Assembly: GCA_027371535.1 (NCBI GenBank)
Contig: DAHXMV010000002.1
Location: forward strand, 67,494-131,493
From: Candidatus Amesbacteria bacterium
GTDB taxonomy: Bacteria; Patescibacteriota; Microgenomatia; CAZETR01; Amesbacteraceae
DNA length: 64,000 bases
Reading direction: 5' to 3'
The notes below the pieces were generated by a model. That model was not told where the DNA came from. It saw only the letters and a program-made list of their open reading frames with translations, and made no database searches. A program made the translations under genes and the position numbers. This document shows, piece after piece, positions 34,995 through 44,375 of the stretch. Position 1 is the stretch's first letter, and each line of letters opens with the position of its first letter.

Positions 34995-36401
34995 ATGGCG
35001 GATAAATTTTATATCACCACTGCGATTGACTACACGAATGACGTTATACACGTAGGTCATTCCTACCAAAAAATACTGGCTGACGTAATAGCAAGGTATC
35101 ACAGGGATATCAAGAAGGATGAGACTTATTTTTTAACCGGGACTGACGAACATGGGCAAAAAGTGGAAAAGAGCGCTATTGAAAAAGGGATTGAACCTAA
35201 GAAATTTGTCGACGAAATCGCAGCTGCAGATAAGGCTGAATGGGATGCATTAAACGTTTCATACGACAGGTTTTTCAGAACTACGGATGACGATCACATC
35301 AAATTTGCCCAGGAATTCTATTTAAAATCCAAAGCTGCCGGGGACATTTACTTAGGTAAATATGAAGGGTGGTATTGCGAAGGATGTGAAGCTTATTATG
35401 ACGAGTCTGACTTGGTAGACGGTAAGTGCCCATTACATCCCAATAAACAAATACAAAAACTGGTTGAGGAAAATTATTTTTTCAGACTATCCAAATACCA
35501 AAAGCTAATTGAAGGACTACTGAATGAGGGGTCGACTTTTGTAGTACCAGACAGTAAAAGAGGCGAGATTTTAAGTTTTGTCAAACGGGGGTTGAAAGAT
35601 TTTTCCGTGAGCCGAAAAAATGTCAAATGGGGAATTCCAGTACCGGATGATCCCGATCACACAATATATGTCTGGTTTGATGCACTGATTAATTATTTAA
35701 CATACGGAATAGAAAATAATTGCTGGCCGGCTGACATACATGTTTTGGGTAAAGATAACCAAAGATTCCATGCCGTGTATTGGCCGGCAATGTTAAAAAG
35801 CGCCGGCTATGATCTGCCAAAAATTATTTTGGTTCATGATTTTCTAAGTCTAAACGGACAAAAAATCAGCAAGTCGTTGGGAAATGTCATCAGGCCTTCC
35901 GAGCTGGTAAAAAAATTCGGGACGGATGGGGTAAGATACTTCTTTTTAAGATATGGTCCTTTAGGAAACGACGTGGATGTAACGATAGAAAAAATTACAG
36001 AAGCATACAACGCCGATCTGGCCAATGGTTTAGGAAACGTAGTAGCAAGGGTATCCAAGATGGCGGAAAGCTCGGGAGTGGAATTTGAGGAAACAAATAT
36101 TCCACAAGGTATCTACCGGGAACAACAAATAAAATTAATCGAAGAGTTCAGAATTAATGATGTTCTGGCAAATATGTGGAATCTGGACCTGCGACCAATC
36201 GACATTCATGTAAATCGGGAGACTCCGTGGACCAGAAAAGGCAATGATCTAAAAGAAGCGCTGCAGTTTGAAATTAATGAAATCAGGATTCTTGCAAATA
36301 GATTGCAGCCCTTTTTACCGAACACGGCAAAGAAAATACTGGAGCAGTTTAGGGGACCGAAAATAAAAGCATTGCCGCCGTTGTTTCCGAGAATAAAGTA
36401 A
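34995..36401 (+). CDS. metG: Methionine--tRNA ligase (short form)
   Basis: FYITTAIDY, HVGH, TGTDEHG, YVWFDALINY, KISKSLGN. Confidence 0.97.
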   Translation: MADKFYITTAIDYTNDVIHVGHSYQKILADVIARYHRDIKKDETYFLTGTDEHGQKVEKSAIEKGIEPKKFVDEIAAADKAEWDALNVSYDRFFRTTDDDHIKFAQEFYLKSKAAGDIYLGKYEGWYCEGCEAYYDESDLVDGKCPLHPNKQIQKLVEENYFFRLSKYQKLIEGLLNEGSTFVVPDSKRGEILSFVKRGLKDFSVSRKNVKWGIPVPDDPDHTIYVWFDALINYLTYGIENNCWPADIHVLGKDNQRFHAVYWPAMLKSAGYDLPKIILVHDFLSLNGQKISKSLGNVIRPSELVKKFGTDGVRYFFLRYGPLGNDVDVTIEKITEAYNADLANGLGNVVARVSKMAESSGVEFEETNIPQGIYREQQIKLIEEFRINDVLANMWNLDLRPIDIHVNRETPWTRKGNDLKEALQFEINEIRILANRLQPFLPNTAKKILEQFRGPKIKALPPLFPRIK

Positions 36402-36410
36402 GATAGAGGT

Positions 36411-37124
36411 ATGGTGGATGTGCATTGCCATGAAGGAACAGATATCAGCGATCCGGGGATTATCAGAATAATCAACGGCACAGATCCGGAATCTAGCGTT
36501 AACGCTATAGAATCGGCAAATAAAAATAGTCATGTCTGGGCATGTGTCGGTATTCATCCGGAAGAGATTAACGATTCAAGATTTATGATTCATGAATTAA
36601 AACAAAACCTAAAGAGGCTGGCGCAAAATAATAAGGTTGTGGGGGTGGGAGAGGTGGGTTTGGATTACCGACAGGGAATCTCAGAGACGGATAAAAACAA
36701 ACAAAAAGAAATATTCATTAAAATGATTGAGTTGGCTATTGAAACCGGATTGCCTATAGTAGTACATAACAGAAACGCAGATGAAGACATCTTACAAATG
36801 CTCTATGCTCACAGTTCACTACTAAAAGATAAAATTTTGATGCATTGCTTTACCAGAAACACGGATTTCATGGACAAAATGGCAGATCTGGGTGCATATT
36901 TCAGTTTCGGCGGATTCCTGCTCGGGGAGAACAACAGCCGGGTACGAAAAGCGGCAAAAATGGCACCAGAAGACCGGATACTTCTGGAAACTGACGGACC
37001 TTTTACTAAAACCGATGTTAAAATTGTAGCCAGTGAACTAGCCAGGGCCCGGGGGCTGACGGAGGTTAAAACTGACCAATTAACCTCGGAAAATGCCAGA
37101 CGCCTGTTTACCAAAATGATATGA
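36411..37124 (+). CDS. tatD: TatD-family deoxyribonuclease
   Basis: VDVHCH, VGIHP, GEVGLDY, VVHNR, MHCF, LLETD. Confidence 0.93.
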   Translation: MVDVHCHEGTDISDPGIIRIINGTDPESSVNAIESANKNSHVWACVGIHPEEINDSRFMIHELKQNLKRLAQNNKVVGVGEVGLDYRQGISETDKNKQKEIFIKMIELAIETGLPIVVHNRNADEDILQMLYAHSSLLKDKILMHCFTRNTDFMDKMADLGAYFSFGGFLLGENNSRVRKAAKMAPEDRILLETDGPFTKTDVKIVASELARARGLTEVKTDQLTSENARRLFTKMI

Positions 37125-38584
37125 CCAGACGTAGATTATTGGAGATAGCCCCGGGATTTGTCAGTTGGAACATGATTCTATTTCTTGTCTGGGGAGGGTT
37201 CTTTTTTCCCGTATTTACGGCCTATTTTATATTAGCTTTCGACGTATTCTGGGTGTGGAAAGGTTTTGAACTCACAATTGCCTCAATGATTTCCCACCTG
37301 AGAATCAGGGCCGCAGAACAACTGGACTGGATGAATGAAGTAAAAGGCTTCGGTGACTGGAAAAAAGTCAGGCATGTAGTGATATTGCTGATAGCAAATG
37401 AGCCTGTAGACACCTATAAAAGAACTCTGGGGGCATTAACAAAACAAACCCTGCCGCTGTCACAAATCGCGGTGGTGATGGCAACAGAAGAAAGGTTTCC
37501 GAACGGGAAAAATGAATCGGAAAAACTGAGAGGGTCGCTGGGGAAGAAATTCGGCGAATATCTAATTACCGTGCACCCGGCGGCGATTCCGGGTGAAATC
37601 AAAGGTAAGTCGTCCAACGAAGCCTGGGCTGCCAAAGAGGCTAAAAGAATGCTGGTCGATGAAAAGGGCTGGGATATTGACTACACAACCATGACTTCAA
37701 ACGACGCTGATGCCATCCTGCACCACCAATATTTCGCTTATCTGACTTTTAAATTCCTTGACGATCCCAACAGATACCGAAAATTCTGGCAGCCGGCAAT
37801 TGTGTTTTACAATAATATCTGGAAGCTGCCCGCTTTAACCAGAATCATTAACGTGTTTTCCAACGTCTGGCAAATCGGTTTGCTGGTCAGAAAAGACAGA
37901 TTAATTAATTTTTCCAACTATACCGGATCCCTTAAAATGATAGATGATATCGGATATTGGGATACAGATGTAATACCGGAGGATTACCGGATCTTTTTCA
38001 AAGCTTTTTTCAAATTGGACGGGAATGTGGAAGTCGAACCGATATTTCTGCCGTCCTCTGCAGATGCGGCACAATCGTCTTCGACATGGAAAACTTTTAT
38101 CAACGAGTACGAACAGAAAAAAAGATGGGCCTGGGGAGTATCAGACTTACCCTTATTTATAGAAATGTACCTAAAACAACCCAGGATATCTTTTGTAAAT
38201 AAAACATTAAGAGTGTTCAGGGTGGTAGAGGATCATCTATTATGGCCAGTGAATTGGTTTATTATTACCATCGGGGTGTCGATTGTGACGATAGTAAACC
38301 CGGTGTTTAAGCGGACAGTTCTGGGCTTCATGCTACCGAGAATTTCATCCGGAATCCTGACTGTGTCGCTATTGTTTCTGATTGTAATTCTATACATTGA
38401 GTTCCGCCACCGCCCATCAAGACCAAAAGACGTGCCGGCATGGAGAGCCTGGCTGTCGCCATTGGAATTCATCCTAATGCCAATTTCCGGCTTTTTTTTC
38501 AATGCCCTACCAGGCCTGGATGCGCATACCAGGCTGATGCTTGGCAAATATATTGAATATCGGATTACAGAAAAAGTTAAATAA
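37121..38584 (+). CDS. Membrane-bound processive glycosyltransferase family 2
   Basis: GKSSN, NDADA (DxD), IPEDY, QKKRWAWG (QxxRW); TM helices at both ends. Confidence 0.88.
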   Translation: MTRRRLLEIAPGFVSWNMILFLVWGGFFFPVFTAYFILAFDVFWVWKGFELTIASMISHLRIRAAEQLDWMNEVKGFGDWKKVRHVVILLIANEPVDTYKRTLGALTKQTLPLSQIAVVMATEERFPNGKNESEKLRGSLGKKFGEYLITVHPAAIPGEIKGKSSNEAWAAKEAKRMLVDEKGWDIDYTTMTSNDADAILHHQYFAYLTFKFLDDPNRYRKFWQPAIVFYNNIWKLPALTRIINVFSNVWQIGLLVRKDRLINFSNYTGSLKMIDDIGYWDTDVIPEDYRIFFKAFFKLDGNVEVEPIFLPSSADAAQSSSTWKTFINEYEQKKRWAWGVSDLPLFIEMYLKQPRISFVNKTLRVFRVVEDHLLWPVNWFIITIGVSIVTIVNPVFKRTVLGFMLPRISSGILTVSLLFLIVILYIEFRHRPSRPKDVPAWRAWLSPLEFILMPISGFFFNALPGLDAHTRLMLGKYIEYRITEKVK

Positions 38585-38588
38585 TTTA

Positions 38589-38619
38589 ACTTTTTCTGCG
38601 CTTGCGCGAGAGAAAAAGT
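38589..38619. terminator. Inverted repeat, possible terminator or REP-like element
   Basis: ACTTTTTCT-GCGC-TT-GCGC-GAG-AGAAAAAGT directly after the GT2 stop codon. Confidence 0.5.
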
Positions 38620-38625
38620 AAAATA

Positions 38626-38660
38626 AATTTACAATTTACATTATAAAATTTAAAATTAAA
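38626..38660. repeat. 7-nt-period degenerate tandem repeat (intergenic)
   Basis: AATTTAC AATTTAC ATTATAA AATTTAA AATTAAA. Confidence 0.6.
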
Positions 38661-38664
38661 GAAA

Positions 38665-40104
38665 ATGCAGAAGAGAAATTGGGGGTTGGGAATTATTCTG
38701 GCAGTGACATTATTTTTGCGGATCCCCAGCCTGTTTGAACCATACTGGTACGGAGATGAAGCCATCTACTTAACCATCGGGCAGGCGATTTACAAAGGGG
38801 TGCGATTATATGCCCAGATTTACGATAATAAACCACCTTTAATTTATTTGGTGGCAGCTGTGGTTGACGGAAACCTCTTCTGGTACAAGTTTGTGCTCTT
38901 AATTTGGGTTTTGGTTACAATATGGGTTTTTTACAAACTGGCGGAAAAAATATTTGAAAAAAGGTTGTGGGTGATGATCTCGACTGCGATTTTTGCATTC
39001 GGGACTTCGTGGACAAAACTGGAGGGTAATATAGGAAATGCAGAGTTGTTTTTTTTACCGTTCACAGTCACAACGGTATGGTTGTTGTGGGAACATAAAC
39101 CAGACTTAAAGAGGATTTTTTTGGCGGGAATACTGCTGGGCTTAGGAGGATTATTCAAAGTCCCGGCAGTGCTGGAGGCGGCCATCTGGCCATTAGTCTG
39201 GATAGTTTTTGGGGACAGAGACTGGTGGAGAAAAACCCTGGTGTTCGGGTCAGGGGTGGCTTTACCTATACTGGCAAGCCTGGGCTATTTTTTGGCCAAC
39301 GGCAGTCTGGATGAATATATTAAAGCCGTCTGGATACAGAACCTGCCTTACATCTTGTCATGGAAGGCTACCACCGAAGCGGCAGGGATTTTTTCATTAA
39401 AAGCCAGGGCTGCCCTGATGTTTATTTTAGGGGCGCCGATATTGGGATTGTCAAAGAGGATAGGGAAAAGGGGTGTTATTATCGGCCTTTGGGGTCTAAT
39501 AGCTCTTTTTGCGGCACTGCTTTCTGGCCGTCCATACCCGCATTACATGCTGCAGGCTCTGGCTGCTTTAGCGTTGTGTCCGGGTTTATTAGTAACCGGC
39601 AAAATTTGGGAAAAAATTATCGGCGGGCTATTAATCATACTGACGGCCGGGGTGGTGGTGATGTTTAATTTTTATAATTATGCCACCATCAATTACTATG
39701 CAAATTTTATAAGCTGGGTATTCAAAAAGGAAAGCACCCAAAGTTATATCGGATGGTTTGACCCCCAGGTAAACAATAATTATAAAATCGCGGAACTGGT
39801 TAAGGCCGGAAGTCTGCCACAGGATAAAATATTTGTCTGGGGAGATATGCCGATGCTATATGCCCTGACCAAAAGAAGTCCGGTAGGCAAATACACGGTT
39901 AAATATCATATTAAAGAATTAAATGCGGAAAATGAAACCATGGAAATGTTAATTTCAAATCCGCCAAAATATATCATTGATTTCGGTAGCCATCAGGATT
40001 TGCCCGGATTATCCGGTTTATTAAATGATGCGTATCTGCTGCAAAAAAACGTCGGACAGGTGATGATATGGCGGCTTTCCCCATTAGACCAGGCAGGTAA
40101 TTAA
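38665..40104 (+). CDS. GT-C fold glycosyltransferase (ArnT/PMT-like)
   Basis: LRIPSLFEPYWYGDEAIY, YDNKPP, NAELF, RPYPHY; multi-TM. Confidence 0.85.
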   Translation: MQKRNWGLGIILAVTLFLRIPSLFEPYWYGDEAIYLTIGQAIYKGVRLYAQIYDNKPPLIYLVAAVVDGNLFWYKFVLLIWVLVTIWVFYKLAEKIFEKRLWVMISTAIFAFGTSWTKLEGNIGNAELFFLPFTVTTVWLLWEHKPDLKRIFLAGILLGLGGLFKVPAVLEAAIWPLVWIVFGDRDWWRKTLVFGSGVALPILASLGYFLANGSLDEYIKAVWIQNLPYILSWKATTEAAGIFSLKARAALMFILGAPILGLSKRIGKRGVIIGLWGLIALFAALLSGRPYPHYMLQALAALALCPGLLVTGKIWEKIIGGLLIILTAGVVVMFNFYNYATINYYANFISWVFKKESTQSYIGWFDPQVNNNYKIAELVKAGSLPQDKIFVWGDMPMLYALTKRSPVGKYTVKYHIKELNAENETMEMLISNPPKYIIDFGSHQDLPGLSGLLNDAYLLQKNVGQVMIWRLSPLDQAGN

Positions 40105-40119
40105 AGATATAATCGGGAC

Positions 40120-40470
40120 GTGGAAAAACCTAATTGGGATGTGTGGGTAAAAAGGCTGTTGCTTTGGCAGTGGGTAGCGATGACCGCGGGGGTGGTGGCG
40201 GAGATCGGGGTTTGGATTTTTTTCGGTAAACATTTACCGCCCCAGGTGCCTCTTTTTTACAGCCGGCCGTGGGGCGATGAACAACTGGCAAACACGGTCT
40301 ATCTAATATTGCCGGCGGGGATAGCCGCATTACTTGCGTTGGTGATAACGTTTCTGGTATCCAGATTCAATGTGGACAAAGTATTGACGGTGATAATGTT
40401 AGGAGCCGGAATCATTGCGGAAATCATGCTATTGCTCTCAGTTTTAAGGGCGATTATTATCGTAATGTAA
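40120..40470 (+). CDS. Small membrane protein (DUF1648-like)
   Basis: LPPQVPLFYSRPWG between TM helices; GTG lies 6 nt after TATAAT. Confidence 0.7.
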   Translation: MEKPNWDVWVKRLLLWQWVAMTAGVVAEIGVWIFFGKHLPPQVPLFYSRPWGDEQLANTVYLILPAGIAALLALVITFLVSRFNVDKVLTVIMLGAGIIAEIMLLLSVLRAIIIVM

Positions 40471-41568
40471 ATGAATAGCAGCTGGTGGCTTTTTATACAA
40501 CCGGCAATAATAGCCGGAATTACGTCATTTGCGGTTTCCGGCGCGGTGGTGAAATGGGGTAAAAAACTCAAGATTATTGATGATCCCAAAAAACACCTAT
40601 TGCCGAAGGTGGTACATGAAAAAGCTGTCCCCAGAGGAGGGGGAATACCGATATTGGCAGCGCTTTTAATCGGAGGTGGTCTGTTTTTACCAGCAAATAC
40701 CCGAACCTGGGCAATAACCCTGGGCGGGATGCTTCTGGCAATGGTTGGCCATTTAGATGACAGATTTGAGGAAAAGATTTCTCCATACCCGAGACTCGCT
40801 GTCAATGCTCTGGCGGCACTCCTGGTGATCGGGGCCGGAATCGGAATTGCCTATATTACCAACCCGATGGGCGGAGTACTGAGACTGGATATACCTCAGA
40901 TATGTTTTGTGTCGGCAGGCCGACAGCATTGCATATGGATACTTTCAGATATTTTTGCCCTGATATGGCTGGTGTGGATGCAGAACATGGTCGGTTGGAG
41001 CAGCGGAGTTGACGGACAATTGCCCGGCTTTGTAATTATCGCGGCGGTAGCAATTGCAATTCTGGGAATCAGAACCGGGAGTACTACCCAAACAGAAGTG
41101 GTTATACTCTCCGGGATTATAGCCGGGGCCTACTGTGGATTCCTACCCTGGAACTGGTACCCACAAAAAATGATGACTGGTTACGGCGGTAAAAGCCTGG
41201 CCGGATTTCTGTTGGGGCTTTTGGCGATTATGTCGGGAGCAAAAGTGGGAGCAATGTTTATGGTACTTTCGGTACCGTTTATTGACGGTATCCTGGTAAT
41301 TATTAAAAGGGTACGGGAAAGCAGATCACCAGTTCAGGGCGGAAGGGAACACCTGCACCATTTACTCTTAGACAGGGGGTGGAGCAAACCGAAAATAGCA
41401 TTATTTTACTGGGGAATATCATTAATATTTGCCGTTTTGGCACTGCAATTGAAAGCGGGGGCCAAGTACTTTACAATGGCCACAGGGATCTTAATTATTA
41501 CGGGAATAATATGGTGGTTACAAAACTGGTCAACCTACTCAAAACAGCCAGGCCCAGACAATGGGTAA
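40471..41568 (+). CDS. WecA/TagO-like polyprenyl-phosphate HexNAc-1-phosphate transferase (MraY family)
   Basis: VPRGGG, GHLDD, GVDG, FLPWNWYPQK, EHLHHLL. Confidence 0.9.
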   Translation: MNSSWWLFIQPAIIAGITSFAVSGAVVKWGKKLKIIDDPKKHLLPKVVHEKAVPRGGGIPILAALLIGGGLFLPANTRTWAITLGGMLLAMVGHLDDRFEEKISPYPRLAVNALAALLVIGAGIGIAYITNPMGGVLRLDIPQICFVSAGRQHCIWILSDIFALIWLVWMQNMVGWSSGVDGQLPGFVIIAAVAIAILGIRTGSTTQTEVVILSGIIAGAYCGFLPWNWYPQKMMTGYGGKSLAGFLLGLLAIMSGAKVGAMFMVLSVPFIDGILVIIKRVRESRSPVQGGREHLHHLLLDRGWSKPKIALFYWGISLIFAVLALQLKAGAKYFTMATGILIITGIIWWLQNWSTYSKQPGPDNG

Positions 41569-42464
41569 AAAACCTGACGCTGTATGCGGCCCTGATTTTT
41601 ACAGGCAATATATACGGTTTCGACAAATGGATCCTGGATTTCGGTACAGTCACTGAGGCAGTACTGGCGTTTACCGTCGTGGCGGTAGCTATCTATTTCT
41701 TAAACGACGTAGTAGATATCAAAGCCGACCAGGCCCACCCGTTTAAGAAAAAAAGGCCAATCGCTTCAGGAAAAATTTCAACCATTGAAGCTTTAATTAT
41801 ATTTATAATCGGCGGCGTGACCGGTCTCTTATGGTCATACAAGCTAAGTCCACTATTTTTCGGGGCCGTAATCGCTTACTTTTTGATGCAGGTACTGTAT
41901 TCCCTGATTCTGAAAAACTTTGAGGTGGTGGATGTGTTTGTGATAGCTTTCGGATTCTTTCTGAGGGTATTTGCAGGGGCACTGGTCATCAATGCGCATC
42001 TGTCCATTTGGTTTTTGCTGTGCGTAATCTCAACGTCGCTGTTTATTGCCGTAGGCAAAAGAAGGGGAGAACTGGCAATCCTGACGGAACAGGCAGAAGT
42101 CCATCGGAAAGTAATGGGCAAATATACTGCCGACATTCTGGATGCTTACGTGTCTATTTTCGCTACATCAGCTTTTCTGTCATGGGCTTTGTATACATTT
42201 AACTTTTATGATCAGGGAGGCGGGTATATACCACAAACCGGAACTATAACCACCCTGGTATCGCGAACGCTGACAATCAATAAATGGCTGATGGCAACCA
42301 TCCCCGTGGTAATCTTCGGAATTATGAGGTATTTAAGAATTATATATGACGGCTCCAGGGCAGAGTCTCCGGAGAGAGTTATCCTGTCCGACGGACCATT
42401 ACTTTTAACGGTGTTGGTATGGATATTGATGGTAATGGGGGTATTATACGGAGTGTGGTTTTAA
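41511..42464 (+). CDS. UbiA-family decaprenyl-phosphate phosphoribosyltransferase-like protein
   Basis: ARPRQWVKN, YFLNDVVDIKADQAHPFKKKRPIASG, YSLILK, GFFLRVFAG, GKRRGEL, FGIMRY, ESPE. Confidence 0.88.
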   Translation: MVVTKLVNLLKTARPRQWVKNLTLYAALIFTGNIYGFDKWILDFGTVTEAVLAFTVVAVAIYFLNDVVDIKADQAHPFKKKRPIASGKISTIEALIIFIIGGVTGLLWSYKLSPLFFGAVIAYFLMQVLYSLILKNFEVVDVFVIAFGFFLRVFAGALVINAHLSIWFLLCVISTSLFIAVGKRRGELAILTEQAEVHRKVMGKYTADILDAYVSIFATSAFLSWALYTFNFYDQGGGYIPQTGTITTLVSRTLTINKWLMATIPVVIFGIMRYLRIIYDGSRAESPERVILSDGPLLLTVLVWILMVMGVLYGVWF

Positions 42465-42466
42465 AA

Positions 42467-43351
42467 TCAGGGAGATTTTTTGGCGTATTGGCTGGATATC
42501 CAGCCGGAGGTAGTAGCCTGGAAGGAGCCAGAAATTTCATACCACCCAGTCCGAGAGCCTAATAGCGGATACGAATCACCGGGATTGACCCGGCCGATTT
42601 CAGAACTGTTTATATCGGGTCTTTGCCGGACCCTTAAGGAACCGGTGGGGGTAGAAGCAATTGAAACTGTCGGTTTTCCGGGAGGCGGAGTCGGTTTGAC
42701 CGCGGCTGAAGGGGTAGCGGTAGGAGTAACTCCGATCAAAGCCGGGGGAATAGCCGGAGTAACGGAAACCGCACCAGCTGCCAATTGGGCAATGACCGAC
42801 AGTTTGTAACCATTTACCGCTTTGGCGGTTAAAGAAATATCGCCGTAACCGGGAGAACTGATTTCTATCTGGTGGTCGGTAGGGGAAACGGAAGAGACGG
42901 TTAAGGGAGTAAAACCCTGGGGTTGATTGTCGACAGTGACGGAGGCGGTATCCGGAACGGAAGTGGTGATACTTAGGGAGGCGGTTTTGTCAGTTTGCGG
43001 GACGAGACTGATAATCTCGCCGGAGGACTGGTCGTCGGTGGCACCAAAATTCCGCCTGATGACAGTATAAATTTTGTCCGTCAGTTTGATCTGGGTCTGG
43101 TAGGAAGACAACACTGAAGAAGTTGATTCAGGGACGAGTTTAACCGTGACATCTCCGGGGGGGAACATTTTATCCAGGGGAGTCTGGCCAACCTGGACGT
43201 TGTTTACAAAGACCAAAGACGGGGGATCGGTTTCCACTTTTAAACCGGCTGTCGGTTTACCGGCGGCGGAGACACGAATGGTGACTACGCCCAAAAGGAC
43301 TCCGATACCAGCAAATGCCAGTCCCAGAGATATAAGTTTGGAGGTGTTCAC
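42467..43351 (-). CDS. PEGA-domain protein with a Pro/Thr linker and C-terminal SH3b domain
   Basis: Two PEGA repeats (VFVNNVQVGQTPL; VTVDNQPQGFTPL), PTATP linker, LRVRQRP ... WYEI ... GWISSQY; GTG lies 6 nt after TATATT. Confidence 0.85.
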   Translation of the reverse strand: MNTSKLISLGLAFAGIGVLLGVVTIRVSAAGKPTAGLKVETDPPSLVFVNNVQVGQTPLDKMFPPGDVTVKLVPESTSSVLSSYQTQIKLTDKIYTVIRRNFGATDDQSSGEIISLVPQTDKTASLSITTSVPDTASVTVDNQPQGFTPLTVSSVSPTDHQIEISSPGYGDISLTAKAVNGYKLSVIAQLAAGAVSVTPAIPPALIGVTPTATPSAAVKPTPPPGKPTVSIASTPTGSLRVRQRPDINSSEIGRVNPGDSYPLLGSRTGWYEISGSFQATTSGWISSQYAKKSP

Positions 43352-43420
43352 AAGGGTAATATACCACAGAATAGGCATTACTCAAGCCAGGGAATAAATG
43401 TTAGAATGGGTTGACTTTGT

Positions 43421-43493
43421 GGCCTGGTGGCGAAGTGGAAACGCGGCGGTCTGCAAAACCGCAACTGCGGGGGTTCGATTCCCCCCCAGGCCT
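43421..43493 (+). tRNA. tRNA-Cys(GCA)
   Basis: Acceptor GGCCTGG/CCAGGCC with discriminator T; anticodon arm GCGGT-CTGCAAA-ACCGC; T arm GGGGG-TTCGATT-CCCCC; CCA not encoded. Confidence 0.97.
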
Positions 43494-43611
43494 CAATATT
43501 TTTTCCTTTAGAAATACCGGAAAAATTATTTTTCCGGAATACTCAGAAAAGAGTAAAGACAGTCCCCTATTTGCCTGCCGAATATAACCCGAAACATACT
43601 ATAGGAAGAAT

Positions 43612-43641
43612 TTGACTTCAACCGTGGCTTCCCGGTATACT
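43612..43641 (+). promoter_or_regulatory. Putative sigma70 promoter
   Basis: TTGACT-18 nt-TATACT upstream of the M23 gene. Confidence 0.55.
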
Positions 43642-43648
43642 TTAACGC

Positions 43649-43677
43649 AGATCTCCGCGTTTGCAGGAGATTTTTTT
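43649..43677 (+). terminator. Intrinsic terminator-like hairpin
   Basis: ATCTCCGC-GTTT-GC(A)GGAGAT running into a T7 tract. Confidence 0.6.
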
Positions 43678-43697
43678 ATCCCCAAAATATCTTTTTT

Positions 43698-44375
43698 ATG
43701 AAAAACTGGAAACGCTGGATATTTAAAAAAACCGAAGCAGTGATTTCGGAAGCCACTGCTCCCCTATCTATAAAGGAGATGGCTTTCCAGGCAGCCAACT
43801 TTGCCGCCAGCTGCGGCCAGAGCAATCCCTTAAGTTTTGCCCTGAGACCGGTAGTAACGCACCGACATCTGAGGCTGACAGTGGGGTTGGTACTGACGAT
43901 ATTTGTATTAATAATGGCCTTGTATTCTCCATTCCCTACAAAAGCAAGCGGTTCGGCAACAACCGCCGAAGCGATCGCCGGCGAGGGCGAGGCCCAATTA
44001 ATTACCAAACCCGGAGTGGTCAGTCCCCTACCCAGATTAAACGTAACCCAGGGTTTCTGGCTGCTGCACGCTGGCATAGACCTAGCCACACCACTGGGAA
44101 CCCCGGTGAAGCCGATTATGAAGGGGGTGGTAACCAGAGCCGACTACGATCTTTTCGGATACGGGAATATGGTGGTGATTTCCCACGGAGCGGATTTTGA
44201 AAGCCTGTATGCCCATTTATCCAAAATCAACGTCAAGGAAGGTGAAACTGTGACTTCGGACACCGTGATCGGGTTGTCCGGGTCGACAGGAAGGTCTACT
44301 GGGCCACATTTACATCTGGAGATACATCAGGACGGGAAAGCGATCGATCCGGCACCAATTTTAGGTTTGAAGTAG
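43698..44375 (+). CDS. M23 family metallopeptidase
   Basis: HAGIDL (HxxxD), YGNMV, LYAHLS, TGRSTGPHLHLE (HxH); one TM helix. Confidence 0.95.
   Translation: MKNWKRWIFKKTEAVISEATAPLSIKEMAFQAANFAASCGQSNPLSFALRPVVTHRHLRLTVGLVLTIFVLIMALYSPFPTKASGSATTAEAIAGEGEAQLITKPGVVSPLPRLNVTQGFWLLHAGIDLATPLGTPVKPIMKGVVTRADYDLFGYGNMVVISHGADFESLYAHLSKINVKEGETVTSDTVIGLSGSTGRSTGPHLHLEIHQDGKAIDPAPILGLK

Noticed and set aside
43427-43615. 62-aa ORF
   Set aside because: Overlaps the tRNA-Cys gene; spurious.
43421-43700. tRNA-Cys as the attachment site of an integrated element
   Set aside because: No integrase and no duplicated tRNA 3' end seen; the flanking genes are ordinary.
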